From NCBI GenBank assembly GCA_965218295.1, contig CBDCKN010000003.1:96001-160000 (forward strand): DNA of 64,000 nucleotides, read 5' to 3'. Of this stretch, positions 8,582 through 18,950 are shown piece after piece. The notes under the pieces are model-generated. The model ran no database searches. It had not been told where the DNA came from and worked only from the letters and a program-made list of their open reading frames with translations. Source of the DNA: Longimicrobiales bacterium (GTDB lineage Bacteria > Gemmatimonadota > Gemmatimonadetes > Longimicrobiales > Gaopeijiaceae). A program made the translations under genes and the position numbers. Positions within the stretch are counted from its first letter, which is position 1, and each line of letters opens with the position of its first letter.

Positions 8582-11029
8582 TCACTCGTACCGAAGCGCC
8601 GTCATGGGATCGACGCTCGTGGCACGCCGTGCCGGGATCCAGCTCGCCAGGAAACCGATGGAGAGGATCACTCCGAATACGGTGGCGAAGACCGACACGT
8701 CGCGGGGGTCCACCTGGAACATGATGATGGCGATCACGGTCGAGACTCCCCACGCCATGGCCATTCCGATGACGAGGCCGATCGCCATCTGGGCGACACC
8801 CTGTTTGAAGATCAATATGACCACATCCCGCGCGCCAGCACCCAGGGCCATGCGGATCCCCATCTCCTGGGCCCGTCGACTCACCGAGAAGGAGAGCACG
8901 CCGTAGAGCCCCACGGACGCCATGAAGAGCGCGGCCACACCGAAGACGATGAAGATGGTGCCGAACACACTGTAGAACCAACTGCTACGATGAATCACTT
9001 CAGCCCCGCTCCTGACGTTATAGATGGGCAAATCGGGGTCAAGGCCCCGCACGGCGTTGCGCACGTCGGCGGTCATTCCCATGGGTGGGCCCGCCGTCGG
9101 GACCGCCGTGATGGTCAGGAAGCTCGGGTCTGACTGGGCGACGGGGGTGTAGTAACCGGCTGGATCCGATCCCGGCTGGCCCGGCGGACTGAAACCCTCC
9201 ATCTGTAGATCACCGACGACGCCGATGACGCTCATCCAGGGGATCGTGTCTGCGGTTGCGGTGCGGAAACGGCGGCCCAGTGCGCCCTCTCCCGGCCAGA
9301 AGCGATCCGAGAAGGACTCGTTCACGATGGCGACCCGCTCTGTGTCCAACGTGTTCGCGGCGGCAAAGTCCACACCTTGCAGGAGCCCGACCCCAATCAT
9401 GTCGAAAAAGCCCGGCGTGACCCTCGCGTTGTGAACCTGCGGGCGGTCACTGTCAGCCTCGTAGACCTCGCCCTCGAGTCGGACTGGGACGATACCGGTG
9501 CCACTTCCCGGAGCGGAGGTCGTCAACCCAGCAGCCCGGACAGCCGGCAGCCCCTCGAGACTGCGAAGCAAGTCGTCGAAGAACTGCTGGCGATCCTCGC
9601 GATCCGGATAGTCGGTCTGGAAGAGTCCAACCCTCGCCGTGAAGATTCCATCCGGATCGAAAGCGTACTCCTGCCGGCTGAGCTGTACCATGCTCTTCGT
9701 CACCAGGCCCGCGGCCACCAGTAGGGCACAGGACAGGGCGACCTCGCCAATCACCAGGACCTTCGAGAGTCGGCCCAGGTGGAAGCTGGACGATCCACGC
9801 GATTCGTCCTTGAGCACACCGTTGACGTCTGCCTTCGCCACCTGGAGCGCTGGAGCCGCCCCGGCCGCCAGAGCCGTCAGACCCGTCAAGCCTACCACGA
9901 ATAGGAGGATCGGCAGATCCAACTGGAATTGCATGAAGTAGGGCCGACCGGTGACCGCGCCAGCCGTGGCACTGTCGAAGAGCCCCACGGCGTAGTACGC
10001 GATCCCGATTCCCAGGAGCGCTCCCCCGAGGGCAAGCACCAACGCCTCCGAGAAGAACGGCACCATGACCCGGAAACGGCCTGCGCCCATGGCGACCCGG
10101 ACGGCCGCCTCCTTGACCCTGAGTGCGGCCCGGGCCAGGAGGAGGTTGGCGACATTGGCGCAGGCTACGAGCAAGACGAGGAGGACGGCCACCATCATGG
10201 CCGTGAAGATCGTCCTGATGGGTCCCTGCGAATCGGACTGGGCCCAGGTGAGGAGCTCGATGGTCATGCCTTCGTTCGTGTCGGGATGCTCCCGCTCGAG
10301 CTGCCGGGCCGCGTTCACGAGCTCGAGCGAAGCCTGATCCCAGGTCGTTCCGTCTAGGAGTCGTCCGAAGACGGCGTAGAACCTGCCCTGTCCCCGGTCG
10401 GACTCAAGGGGATCGTCGTCCATGGTGATCCAGATCTGATGATTGGACGGCCACAGGAAGCCCTCGGGCATGACGCCAACGACCGTGCCCTGTTCGCCGT
10501 TTATTCTGAGCACCTCACCCAGCACACCGGGATCTCCACCGTAACGATTCTGCCATATCTCATATCCCAGGAGCACCGTCGGGGCCGAGCCGGGCGTGTC
10601 CTCACCGGGCCGAAAGGCCCGTCCCAGGATGGGCTGCACACGAAGCAGGTCGAAGGTGTTGGCGGTGACGAAGGACCCGGCGTAGCGCTCGGGACCCTCG
10701 CTGCCGCTCACGTTGACGGTCGAGGTCCGATAGGCTGCCAACCCCTCGAACGAGGTCTGCCGCTCTCGATAGTCTGCGAAGTCCTGGCTCGAGATCGCGA
10801 GCCCCCGTCCCTGTAGGCCCGGTCTACTGGTGTCGACACGCCAGATCGTCGCGACTCGATCCTCCTGGGGAATGTCGAGCCCGCGGAGGAACACCCCGTA
10901 CACCAGGGAGAACATGAACGTCGACAGGCCGATCCCCAGGGATAGCACCACCAGCGAGATGATGGCCGAACCCGGCTTCCTGGCCAGAGCACGAGCACCG
11001 AACCTGAGATCCTTGATCAAGCTTCCCAT
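8582..11029 (-). CDS. ABC transporter permease, ADOP/MacB-FtsX duplicated type
   Basis: DLRFGARAL, VLLVACANVANLLLARA, EMGIRMALGA, PARRATSVDPMTALRYE. Confidence 0.95.
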   Translation of the reverse strand: MGSLIKDLRFGARALARKPGSAIISLVVLSLGIGLSTFMFSLVYGVFLRGLDIPQEDRVATIWRVDTSRPGLQGRGLAISSQDFADYRERQTSFEGLAAYRTSTVNVSGSEGPERYAGSFVTANTFDLLRVQPILGRAFRPGEDTPGSAPTVLLGYEIWQNRYGGDPGVLGEVLRINGEQGTVVGVMPEGFLWPSNHQIWITMDDDPLESDRGQGRFYAVFGRLLDGTTWDQASLELVNAARQLEREHPDTNEGMTIELLTWAQSDSQGPIRTIFTAMMVAVLLVLLVACANVANLLLARAALRVKEAAVRVAMGAGRFRVMVPFFSEALVLALGGALLGIGIAYYAVGLFDSATAGAVTGRPYFMQFQLDLPILLFVVGLTGLTALAAGAAPALQVAKADVNGVLKDESRGSSSFHLGRLSKVLVIGEVALSCALLVAAGLVTKSMVQLSRQEYAFDPDGIFTARVGLFQTDYPDREDRQQFFDDLLRSLEGLPAVRAAGLTTSAPGSGTGIVPVRLEGEVYEADSDRPQVHNARVTPGFFDMIGVGLLQGVDFAAANTLDTERVAIVNESFSDRFWPGEGALGRRFRTATADTIPWMSVIGVVGDLQMEGFSPPGQPGSDPAGYYTPVAQSDPSFLTITAVPTAGPPMGMTADVRNAVRGLDPDLPIYNVRSGAEVIHRSSWFYSVFGTIFIVFGVAALFMASVGLYGVLSFSVSRRAQEMGIRMALGAGARDVVILIFKQGVAQMAIGLVIGMAMAWGVSTVIAIIMFQVDPRDVSVFATVFGVILSIGFLASWIPARRATSVDPMTALRYE

Positions 11030-11164
11030 CTCCACACCACAACAAGACGAACTCAAGCGGTAGGAAGTTTCAGCCGCTGTCGGGAAAGCCCCGCTTCGAG
11101 TCCTTGCGTCGACCGTCTTCAGTTCGGCAAATTAAGGGGTCACCGCCACACCGCCGGAAGGAGG

Positions 11165-11743
11165 ATGAGAATGTTCCGGCCCACGCTCCTGTCGCTCGCG
11201 GCACTCTCGACCATTCTGTTCCTCGCTGCACCGGCCTCGTCCCAAGACGTCCAGCTCAGCATCGCTGCGGGCTGGTACAATCCGGGCGGAGACGACTTCG
11301 ATGACACCGACCCCGGACCCGGGTTCGACGCCGTTGCTCTGTTCTCGGTCGCGCCGAGGTTCCGGGTGGGAGGCGGTGTGCAGTGGAACGTCCACGACGT
11401 GGACTTTTCCACAGACAACTACCAGGTAATCTCCCTTTTCGCCGAGCCCCGCTTGGAGCTGGCGGCCCCGACGAACGACTTACGGCCCTTCGTGGCGGGC
11501 CGAGTTGGCTGGGTGAGAAAGACCATCGACGTGACTGCCGGAAGCCGGACTGCGAACGGTATCGGAGTGGGAGGCTTGGCAGGGCTCGGCTACCAGGTGT
11601 CATCCACCTTGGCGTTGGAGGCCGCAGTGACGGCCTATTACCTGTCCTTCGGGGATTTCGAGCTGGAGGGACAGACGCTCGCGAACACCGACAGCACGCG
11701 GAACGTTCTGGGTCTTCGACTGGCCCTGGTCCTGAGCCCCTAG
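11165..11743 (+). CDS. Outer-membrane beta-barrel protein (OmpW/OmpA-like)
   Basis: Signal peptide, alternating beta strands, RPFVAGRVG. Confidence 0.75.
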   Translation: MRMFRPTLLSLAALSTILFLAAPASSQDVQLSIAAGWYNPGGDDFDDTDPGPGFDAVALFSVAPRFRVGGGVQWNVHDVDFSTDNYQVISLFAEPRLELAAPTNDLRPFVAGRVGWVRKTIDVTAGSRTANGIGVGGLAGLGYQVSSTLALEAAVTAYYLSFGDFELEGQTLANTDSTRNVLGLRLALVLSP

Positions 11744-11783
11744 CGCGCCCCGGCATGAGTACGGTTAGCGCCAACTAACGGTG

Positions 11784-11808
11784 GCCCGGACCCCGAGGGG
11801 GCCCGGGC
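11784..11808. terminator. GC hairpin between convergent genes
   Basis: GCCCGGACCCC-GAG-GGGGCCCGGGC inverted repeat; no U-tract. Confidence 0.35.
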
Positions 11809-11813
11809 TGCGC

Positions 11814-12284
11814 TCAACGCTTCGCGTAGACGGCTGTTCTCCCACTCGTGTCGAACGCGATCACGTCGTACGGCTGGGCCGGCTGACCGGGGACCTCCAT
11901 ACCGGGGCTTCCGACGACCATGCCCGGAACGGCCAGGCCCGCGATATCCGGCTTCTCGTCCAGCATCTTCTGGACGAGATCCGCGGGCACGTGACCCTCG
12001 ACGACGTAGCCGCCCACTAGAGCCGTGTGGCACGACCCGAGATTGGCCGAGATGCCGTGCTCCGCCTTGATGGCCTGCAGATCGGTCAGGTCATGGACTT
12101 CGAGCTCGAAGCCGGCGGCCCGCATGTGGTCCACCCAAGCGCCGCAGCAACCGCAGGACGGGTTCTTGTAAACGGTGACGACGCCGGCCTTGGCCGCTGA
12201 AGGCGTATACCACGACAAAAGCCCGGCGACCAGCAGCGCGAAAACGCCACCCCCGACCAGTGCCGCGATCCTCTTCTTCATCAT
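11814..12284 (-). CDS. DUF411 (CopG-like) periplasmic metal-binding protein
   Basis: YKNPSCGCCGAW, SCHTA, EGHVPA, VPGMVVGSPGME. Confidence 0.92.
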   Translation of the reverse strand: MMKKRIAALVGGGVFALLVAGLLSWYTPSAAKAGVVTVYKNPSCGCCGAWVDHMRAAGFELEVHDLTDLQAIKAEHGISANLGSCHTALVGGYVVEGHVPADLVQKMLDEKPDIAGLAVPGMVVGSPGMEVPGQPAQPYDVIAFDTSGRTAVYAKR

Positions 12285-12505
12285 GAGATCTCTCCTCACC
12301 AGAAGAATCTGGTGCGAGTGTCCCTGTGGACATGGAGGTAACGGCCGAATTCTAGCGAGGTGCTCGGACATTACCAATAGCGGGCTCGGTGGGTCTCGCC
12401 ACCTCCGTCGAGGCCGTGAGGGCGGGCCGGACATTTGCCTTAACCGTGACCGGGTGCTCAAATTCCGCCCGAGAGCGGCGACTTTTTCGCGACCGATACG
12501 AATGC

Positions 12506-13786
12506 ATGGCTGACCAAGAGCGTCAAACTCAACTCCAGGCCGAGCTGGCCCCCGACTTCCAGATCGTACGTCTTCTGGGAGAGGGTTCCGTGGCTCACGT
12601 GTACCTCGCCAGAGAAGAGGATCTCAGGCGCATGGTGGCCATCAAGGTCATGAAGGCCGAGCTCGCCGGAGACGAGACCGCACGGAAGCGCTTCGAGAGG
12701 GAAGCTCGGTCCGCAGCCAAGATCCACCACAACAACGTGGCCGCGGTGCACCGCGTGGGTACCCTGGACGACGAGACGCCGTTCATCATCATGGAGTACA
12801 TCGAGGGACGGAATCTCGCGGACGCCCTGCAGGCGGAGGGCGTGATGGAGATCGAGCAGGCGTGTCACGTCCTGAGCCAGGTGGCCTCCGCGTTGGCGGC
12901 GGCGCACGAGAGTGGCATCGTCCACCGTGACGTGAAACCCACCAACGTGGTTCGGGAGCGAGACTCCGACCGCGTCGTCCTTACCGACTTCGGGATCGCC
13001 GGCATCCTCGAGACGGGAGCGGACAGCGTCACCCGGCTTATGCAGCAGGGGCAGCTCCTGGGGGATCCTCGCTACATGAGCCCGGAGCAGCTATTGGGTG
13101 ATCCCCTCACCGACGAGTCGGACGTGTACAGCCTTGGGATCCTCGCATATGAGGTCCTCACGCTTCAGCACGCCTACGGGGCCACGTCGAAGGTGCAGAT
13201 CGCAACGGCCCATCTGGAGAAGGAGCCCATACCGCTGCTGGAGCTGCGTCCCGACGCCGACCCGCATCTGGGGGAGCTCCTTGCTCGCTGTCTGGCGAAG
13301 AACCCCATGCACCGACCCCGGGCATCGGAGGTGGCCAAGGCCCTGGAGCACATCGTGGAGGAGCCCCGTGCGGAGCCGCCGAGAGCAGAGCCTGGACCGT
13401 CCGGCGGTGAGAGGCTGCCGGCCGCCTTCGAGAACCTGCCCGCCCTCCAGAGATTCCTGGGCGAGCTGGGGCGGCGCCACGTCTACCACGTAATGGTGTT
13501 CTACATCGTCGTGGCGGCCGGCATCCTCGGTGTGGCGTCGGATTCAATCGAGTCACTTCCGGTCCCCGAGAACACACAACAGGTCCTGGTCGCCCTGGCC
13601 CTCGGCGGTTTCCCGGTGGCGCTCGTGATCTCCTGGATGTTCGACATCACGCGCAAGGGGGTCCGACGGACCGAGTCCGTGGTGCCCAAGGGTGAGCGTG
13701 CAAAGATGCGGGCCCTGCAGCTCGCGTCCCTGATCGCCGCGCTGATTCTCGCCGGACTGATCGCCTGGTGGGTGCTGCGCGGGTAG
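12506..13786 (+). CDS. Hanks-type Ser/Thr protein kinase with C-terminal membrane segment
   Basis: LGEGSVAHVY, VAIK, HRDVKPTN, DFGIA, YMSPEQ. Confidence 0.92.
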   Translation: MADQERQTQLQAELAPDFQIVRLLGEGSVAHVYLAREEDLRRMVAIKVMKAELAGDETARKRFEREARSAAKIHHNNVAAVHRVGTLDDETPFIIMEYIEGRNLADALQAEGVMEIEQACHVLSQVASALAAAHESGIVHRDVKPTNVVRERDSDRVVLTDFGIAGILETGADSVTRLMQQGQLLGDPRYMSPEQLLGDPLTDESDVYSLGILAYEVLTLQHAYGATSKVQIATAHLEKEPIPLLELRPDADPHLGELLARCLAKNPMHRPRASEVAKALEHIVEEPRAEPPRAEPGPSGGERLPAAFENLPALQRFLGELGRRHVYHVMVFYIVVAAGILGVASDSIESLPVPENTQQVLVALALGGFPVALVISWMFDITRKGVRRTESVVPKGERAKMRALQLASLIAALILAGLIAWWVLRG

Positions 13787-13851
13787 CGACCGACTGCGAT
13801 CTGGAGCCAAAACGACAACCCAGCGGAGAATCTCATGAAACGGGAAATCTC

Positions 13852-14058
13852 ATGAATAAGTCATTGGCGATCACTGGAATGTCCTGTGAACACTGCGTGA
13901 GCCAAGTGAAGTCGGCCCTGGAGGGGATGGAAGGCGTGACCCGAGCAGAGGTGTCGTTGGAAGAAAGTCAGGCCGACGTTACCCTTTCGGCGGATGTACC
14001 GGACGCTGACCTCGCGGCGGCGGTCGAGACCGCGGGCTATCACGCCGAGGCCCGCTAG
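13852..14058 (+). CDS. copZ: HMA-domain copper chaperone
   Basis: 68 aa, GMSCEHC, AVETAGY. Confidence 0.85.
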   Translation: MNKSLAITGMSCEHCVSQVKSALEGMEGVTRAEVSLEESQADVTLSADVPDADLAAAVETAGYHAEAR

Positions 14059-14065
14059 TGTCGGA

Positions 14066-14488
14066 ATGACAGCGCTCACTCGGACCCTCGAGCTACAGAC
14101 GGAGGGCGACGATCACATCCTGGACTTGACCGCCGACCTTCAAGCGTTGGTCGGGGACAGCGGGATCACCACGGGACAGCTCACGGCGATGGTTGTCGGC
14201 TCCACGGCCGCCCTGACCACCGTGGAGTACGAGCCAGGACTGGTGGGCCACGACATTGCTGCGGTGCTAGAGCGCATCGCCCCACGGGACGGCCGTTACG
14301 AGCACGAGAAGATGTGGCACGACGACAACGGTCACAGCCACGTGCGGGCGAGCCTCATCGGGCCTTCCCTGGCCCTTCCCATCGTCCAGAGCTCCCTGCC
14401 CCTCGGCACCTGGCAACAGGTGGTTCTGGTGGACTTGGACACGCGGCCCAGGCATCGGCGGATCGTGGTCAACCTCGTCGGGGAGTGA
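14066..14488 (+). CDS. yjbQ: YjbQ/UPF0047 family protein
   Basis: NGHSHVRASLIGPS, LGTWQQV. Confidence 0.9.
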   Translation: MTALTRTLELQTEGDDHILDLTADLQALVGDSGITTGQLTAMVVGSTAALTTVEYEPGLVGHDIAAVLERIAPRDGRYEHEKMWHDDNGHSHVRASLIGPSLALPIVQSSLPLGTWQQVVLVDLDTRPRHRRIVVNLVGE

Positions 14489-14495
14489 GCACCGC

Positions 14496-17019
14496 TTGAG
14501 GTCCGCCGGCAAGGTCGGGCTGAGCGCGGCGCTGCTCGCGGCCGGCCTGTACGTCGGTGCAAAGCCAGTGGGACCCATCCCCGCTCTCGGTCGCTTCCTC
14601 GACCCCGTAGGGGGCGTCTGGTCCAGCGCCCGGGGCGCCACCTTGCCCGCTGCGGTCACGCATACGGTACCGAGCCTCTCGGGAGAGGTGCGGATCGTCT
14701 ACGACGACAGGCGGGTCCCCCACATCTTCGCGGAAACCGTGGAGGACGTGGTCCGCGGCCTTGGATACGCCGTGGCCCGCGATCGCCTCTTTCAGCTAGA
14801 GCTCCAGACGCGAGCCACCGCCGGCACGTTGACGGAGCTCGTGGGTGAGGCCGCGCTGCCGGCGGATCGGCGATCCAGGCAGCTGGCTCTCGCCTGGTCG
14901 GCGGAGCGGGACTACGCGAGAATGGAGCCCAGGTCGGACCTGACCATCTATCTCGAGGCCTACTCCGACGGCGTTAACGCGTGGATGCGTGAGATGTCCC
15001 TGTCGGAGGTCCCACTGGAGTATCACCTGCTCGGCCGGACGCCCATGGCCTGGCAACCGCAGTACTCCCTGTACGTGCTCAAGCGTATGGGCTGGACACT
15101 GGCGTTGATCAATACCGAGCGCCGAAAGAACGCCGCGGCGGCGCTGGTGGGTCGGGAGGCGGCCGACGGACTCTTCCCGGTGAACGCGCCGATCCAGGAG
15201 CCGATCCAGCCGCACGGATTGCGGCAAGCCCGTTTCGACCCGGTGACACTGCCAGCGCCGGGCGAGCCGGCTCCCGGCATGATCGTGCAGCTGGAGACCC
15301 TTCAGGCGTTCCTGGGTCCCATGGACGACGCCGGAGCCGGCTCGGGTGAGACGGTTCTGGGCTCCAACAACTGGGCCATCGGTCCCTCACGGTCGGCCGA
15401 GGGACACGCCATTCTCGCTGGCGATCCCCACCTCGATCTCACCTTGCCCAGCATCTGGTACGAGGCTCATCTCGTGGTTCCGGGAGAGCTGGACGTCTAC
15501 GGCGTGACCGTCCCGGGCACCCCCACCATCACCATCGGCTTCAACCGCGACGTGGCCTGGAGCTTCACCAATACCGGGTCCGACGTGATGGATCTCTACC
15601 GCGAGACGGTCGACAACGCCGACCGTCCCGGGAGTTATCGGCTGGACGGCGAGTGGCGCCCGCTCGAGCGGCGCATCGAGACCTATCGGGCGAAGGACGG
15701 GTCCGTGCTCGCGGTCGACACGATCCTGCACACGCACCGGGGTCCCGTGAGCCGCGCCTCCGGTGAGTACGTCTCCCTCCGCTGGACTGTGCTGGAGGAC
15801 CAGGGCGAGCTCGTGTCGCTGCTCGGCGTCAACCGCGCCGGCTCGGTGGAGGAGTGGCTTGTCAGCCATGGAGGCCTGGGTTGCACCGACCCAGAACGGC
15901 CTGGTGGCCGACCGACAGGGGAACATCGCCATCCGGTCCTCGGGTCGATACCCGATACGACCGGCCGGTGCCCGCGGAGACTGGGTGTTTGACGGCTCGA
16001 CTTCGAGCAACGATTGGCAAGGCTGGTATCCGGTGTCGAGCTACCCGGGGGCCGTGAATCCAGCCCAGGGCTACCTCGCCTCGAACAACCAGCAGCCGGT
16101 TGACCCGAGCTACGACGACAGGTTCCTGGGAGCCAACTGGCCGTCGCCATGGCGAGCCATGCGGATCAACCAACTGCTCCGTGCCGACTCCGTCTTCACA
16201 GCGGCGGATCTGGCCCGATTCCAGACCGACCCCGGGAGCCCCCGAGCGGATGTGTTCGTGGAGGCGTTCCTCCAGGCGGCGGGTCGGAGCTCAGAGACGC
16301 CGGCATCCACCGGTGGAAGCAGCGGGAGCTCGGACGGGGGCGGCTCTCCGGTCGCGGAAGCCGCCCGGCTCCTGGCCGAGTGGGATCGACGCTACACTAA
16401 GGACAACACCCGTGCCGCTTTGTTCGAGCTGGCCATGAACGAGTTGGCGCGCCGAACCTGGGACGAGCTCACGGAGAGTAGCGGCCGGCGGGTCGCGACT
16501 CCGAGAACCGCCATCCTCGCCACCCTCCTTGCGGACCCGGCAAGCGCTTGGTGGGACGATCTCTCCACCCCGAACGTCGTGGAGTTACGAGACGACATTC
16601 TCTCAGCCTCGCTGGCGGCCGCCCTCACCGCAGCCCGGGATGCCTACGGTCCCGAGTCGGAGGACGGCTGGCTGTGGAGCCGGGTGGGCAGGGCCAACGT
16701 CGTCCACTTCCTCGGGATTTCCGCTTTCTCGGCCCTGGATCTCCCGATTCGCGGAGGGCCCGAGACGTTGAATTCCAACTCGGGCAACGGTAGGGACGGT
16801 GCCAGCTGGCGCATGGTCGTGGAGCTCGGCGACGAGGTCGAGGCGCGAGGTACCTACCCGGGGGGACAGTCCGGACATCCTCTGAGCCCCGACTACAGGG
16901 ACCGGCTCGACGACTGGGTCGAAGGGGAGCTCCAGCCGCTCCGGTTCCCCGAGAGCGCGGAGGAGCTCGCCAAGCTCTCACGGTCCCAGGCGACCCTTCG
17001 CCGGAGCCCTCGACGATGA
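14496..17019 (+). CDS. Penicillin acylase (Ntn-hydrolase S45) family protein, frameshifted near 15860
   Basis: VPHIFA, DRLFQ, GSNNW, DPHL in the first frame; QNGLVAD, SNNQ, GASWRMVV, PGGQSG in the second; removing one T at 15859-60 restores EWLSAME. Confidence 0.85.
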
Positions 17020-17345
17020 TGGTCGTCCTACTCGCTGGTGCGATGGCGCTGGGCACGGCCCTTCTCGGGTGGTGGGCGGTCCCCCTGCTGGGGCTGATCT
17101 ACGGGGCTTGTCGGGGAACAGAGAGGGGCACAGCCGTGGCAGCAACCAGCGCGCTCTTGGGATGGAGCGTCCTCATGGCATGGAATTGGATGGAGGGCCC
17201 CGTGGCGGAGCTTTCGGGATCCCTCGGTGCCGTCATTGGATTACCGGGCTGGTCGCTACTCCTGGCGACTGCGCTGTTCCCGGCCGTCCTGGCCGGGACC
17301 GCAGCTGTGGTGGGCGCCGCCATCGGGCGGGTTAGATCTTCTTGA
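17016..17345 (+). CDS. Small hydrophobic membrane protein
   Basis: ATGA overlap with the acylase stop; ~3-4 TM segments. Confidence 0.7.
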   Translation: MMVVLLAGAMALGTALLGWWAVPLLGLIYGACRGTERGTAVAATSALLGWSVLMAWNWMEGPVAELSGSLGAVIGLPGWSLLLATALFPAVLAGTAAVVGAAIGRVRSS

Positions 17346-17394
17346 GAATCCAGCTCAGCACTACCCGAGCGATCCTCCGGAGGATGGTCATCAT
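17332..17394 (-). CDS. Candidate 20-aa cationic amphipathic peptide MMTILRRIARVVLSWILKKI
   Basis: Manual translation; ATG...TAA; upstream GGAG/GGA; helical hydrophobic periodicity. Confidence 0.35.
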   Translation of the reverse strand: MMTILRRIARVVLSWILKKI

Positions 17395-17518
17395 GCCGTC
17401 GTCCGGCTCCGATAAGGGTTCTCGTTCTTTCGTGCTACCCCCCTACGCATGTGACACCTGAGGGGTTTCCGTTCGCACAGTTGGACCATCCGAGTGGGCA
17501 AAAAGTTGCTCTCGGGCG

Positions 17519-18755
17519 TCAACTCGTGGCGTCATCCCCCGGCACGCAATCCATGGCGGCGTTCCGTTCCACGACCACCGTGTACGCACCTTTTTCGTCG
17601 ACTCGAATCTCGATGTCGCCGTGAACGTTGGTACAGTAGGTCTCACTATCGGCCCGCGCCAAGAGAACGCCCAACGCCCGAATCCTAGGGTGACTCTTCC
17701 CGTTGGCACTGATGATCTGCAGCCTGGGGCTAGAGTGGCTCAGCCAACTCGACGTGCCCGAAGAGCCGCTGTCGAACACGGCGTCGTTGGCGCCGTGATG
17801 ACCCACCTTCAGGGCGACAACTCCCTGAGTCAGGTCGGCGAATTGGTTCCGCCAACGCAGGTTGGCTTCGACCTCTCCGTCTCCGGCGAAGAACATCGTG
17901 AACCCACCCCTGGTCAGAGCGGTGCCGAGAGAGCCGTCGTTCAGCTCGCTGCTGCCTGCATCCGGGTCCGCCAGGTCGGCGGTCCGCGGCGGAATGATCC
18001 GCAGGTTGGAGGCGCCCGAGAACCCCAGGGCGATGTCGACCATCTCGGACGCGACCGTTACCTGGCCGGCCCGGGACGCCGCCAGCGAGAGTAGCTCGTT
18101 GTAGCGCGAGAAGCTCCTGACCTGGCCGTTGTTATAGAACGTACGGACGTGCACATCCCTGAGGATGTCCGGCATGCCGTCGAAGTGATCGGTGTGGGCG
18201 TGCGTCAGGAGCAATGCCTCGAGCGTGTCGACTCCCAGCGCGGCCAGCCTCCCTTGAACGAAGTCCAGGTCGGTGCCGTCCACCCCGGGTCCGGCGTCGA
18301 TCATCATGTGCCGCTGTCCAGCGGGCCGTGGAGTCGGACAGGAGGATGGCGTCCCCGCCTCCACCCGAACTGTTGTCGCCGAGGTCGAAAACCCGGATGA
18401 CGAGGACGCTTCCTCCGGCGAGTCGGATCTCGAAGCTCACCACCGACTGGGAGGTCGATACTCCGTTCTGGGCTTCCACCCGTAGGACGTAGCTCCCTGG
18501 GTCGGATACGGTGCTCCCCGAAAAGAAGGAGATCCCGTTCAGGGTCGCCGCATAAGTCCCCACGCTCACCGAGATGGTGATCGAAACCGGCCCCTCGACA
18601 ACGGCCCCGTCCGACACTCCCTGAACGGTGATCACAGGCGCCTGCGGTTCCGGTGCGGTGCCGTCGCTCCCGCCGCACCCGGCGGCCAACGCCGCAGCAA
18701 TCATCAAGGCAGCCACGTGGCCCTGCGATGTCGAGTTGGGAGTGCGTGAGAACAT
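17519..18755 (-). CDS. ComEC/Rec2-type MBL-fold hydrolase lipoprotein with Ig-like N-terminus, frameshifted near 18324
   Basis: LAAGC lipobox; GDAILL then MMIDAG in the next frame; THAHTDHFDG, FFAGD, LKVGHHGA. Confidence 0.8.
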
Positions 18756-18950
18756 GATCGATGGAGGTGCTCGTCTCGCGCCGGACAGGTCCTCCGGCGC
18801 ACGAAGAGGAAGGTAGGACCGGGGCCGGAATCCGCCTAGACGTAACAGTTCCGCAACCCCGGTTGCTCTTCGACCGACCCCGCCCCACATTGGAATCCCG
18901 TCTCTCGTCCAAACCTCTGAGTACCTTAGGAGCACCGCTGCTACCGCTGA

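Noticed and set aside
15855..15865. Programmed frameshift or natural split of penicillin acylase
   Set aside because: A single extra T, not at the alpha/beta processing site. Like the lesions at ~18324, ~63105 and ~63190, it lengthens a short base run, which is typical of sequencing or consensus error
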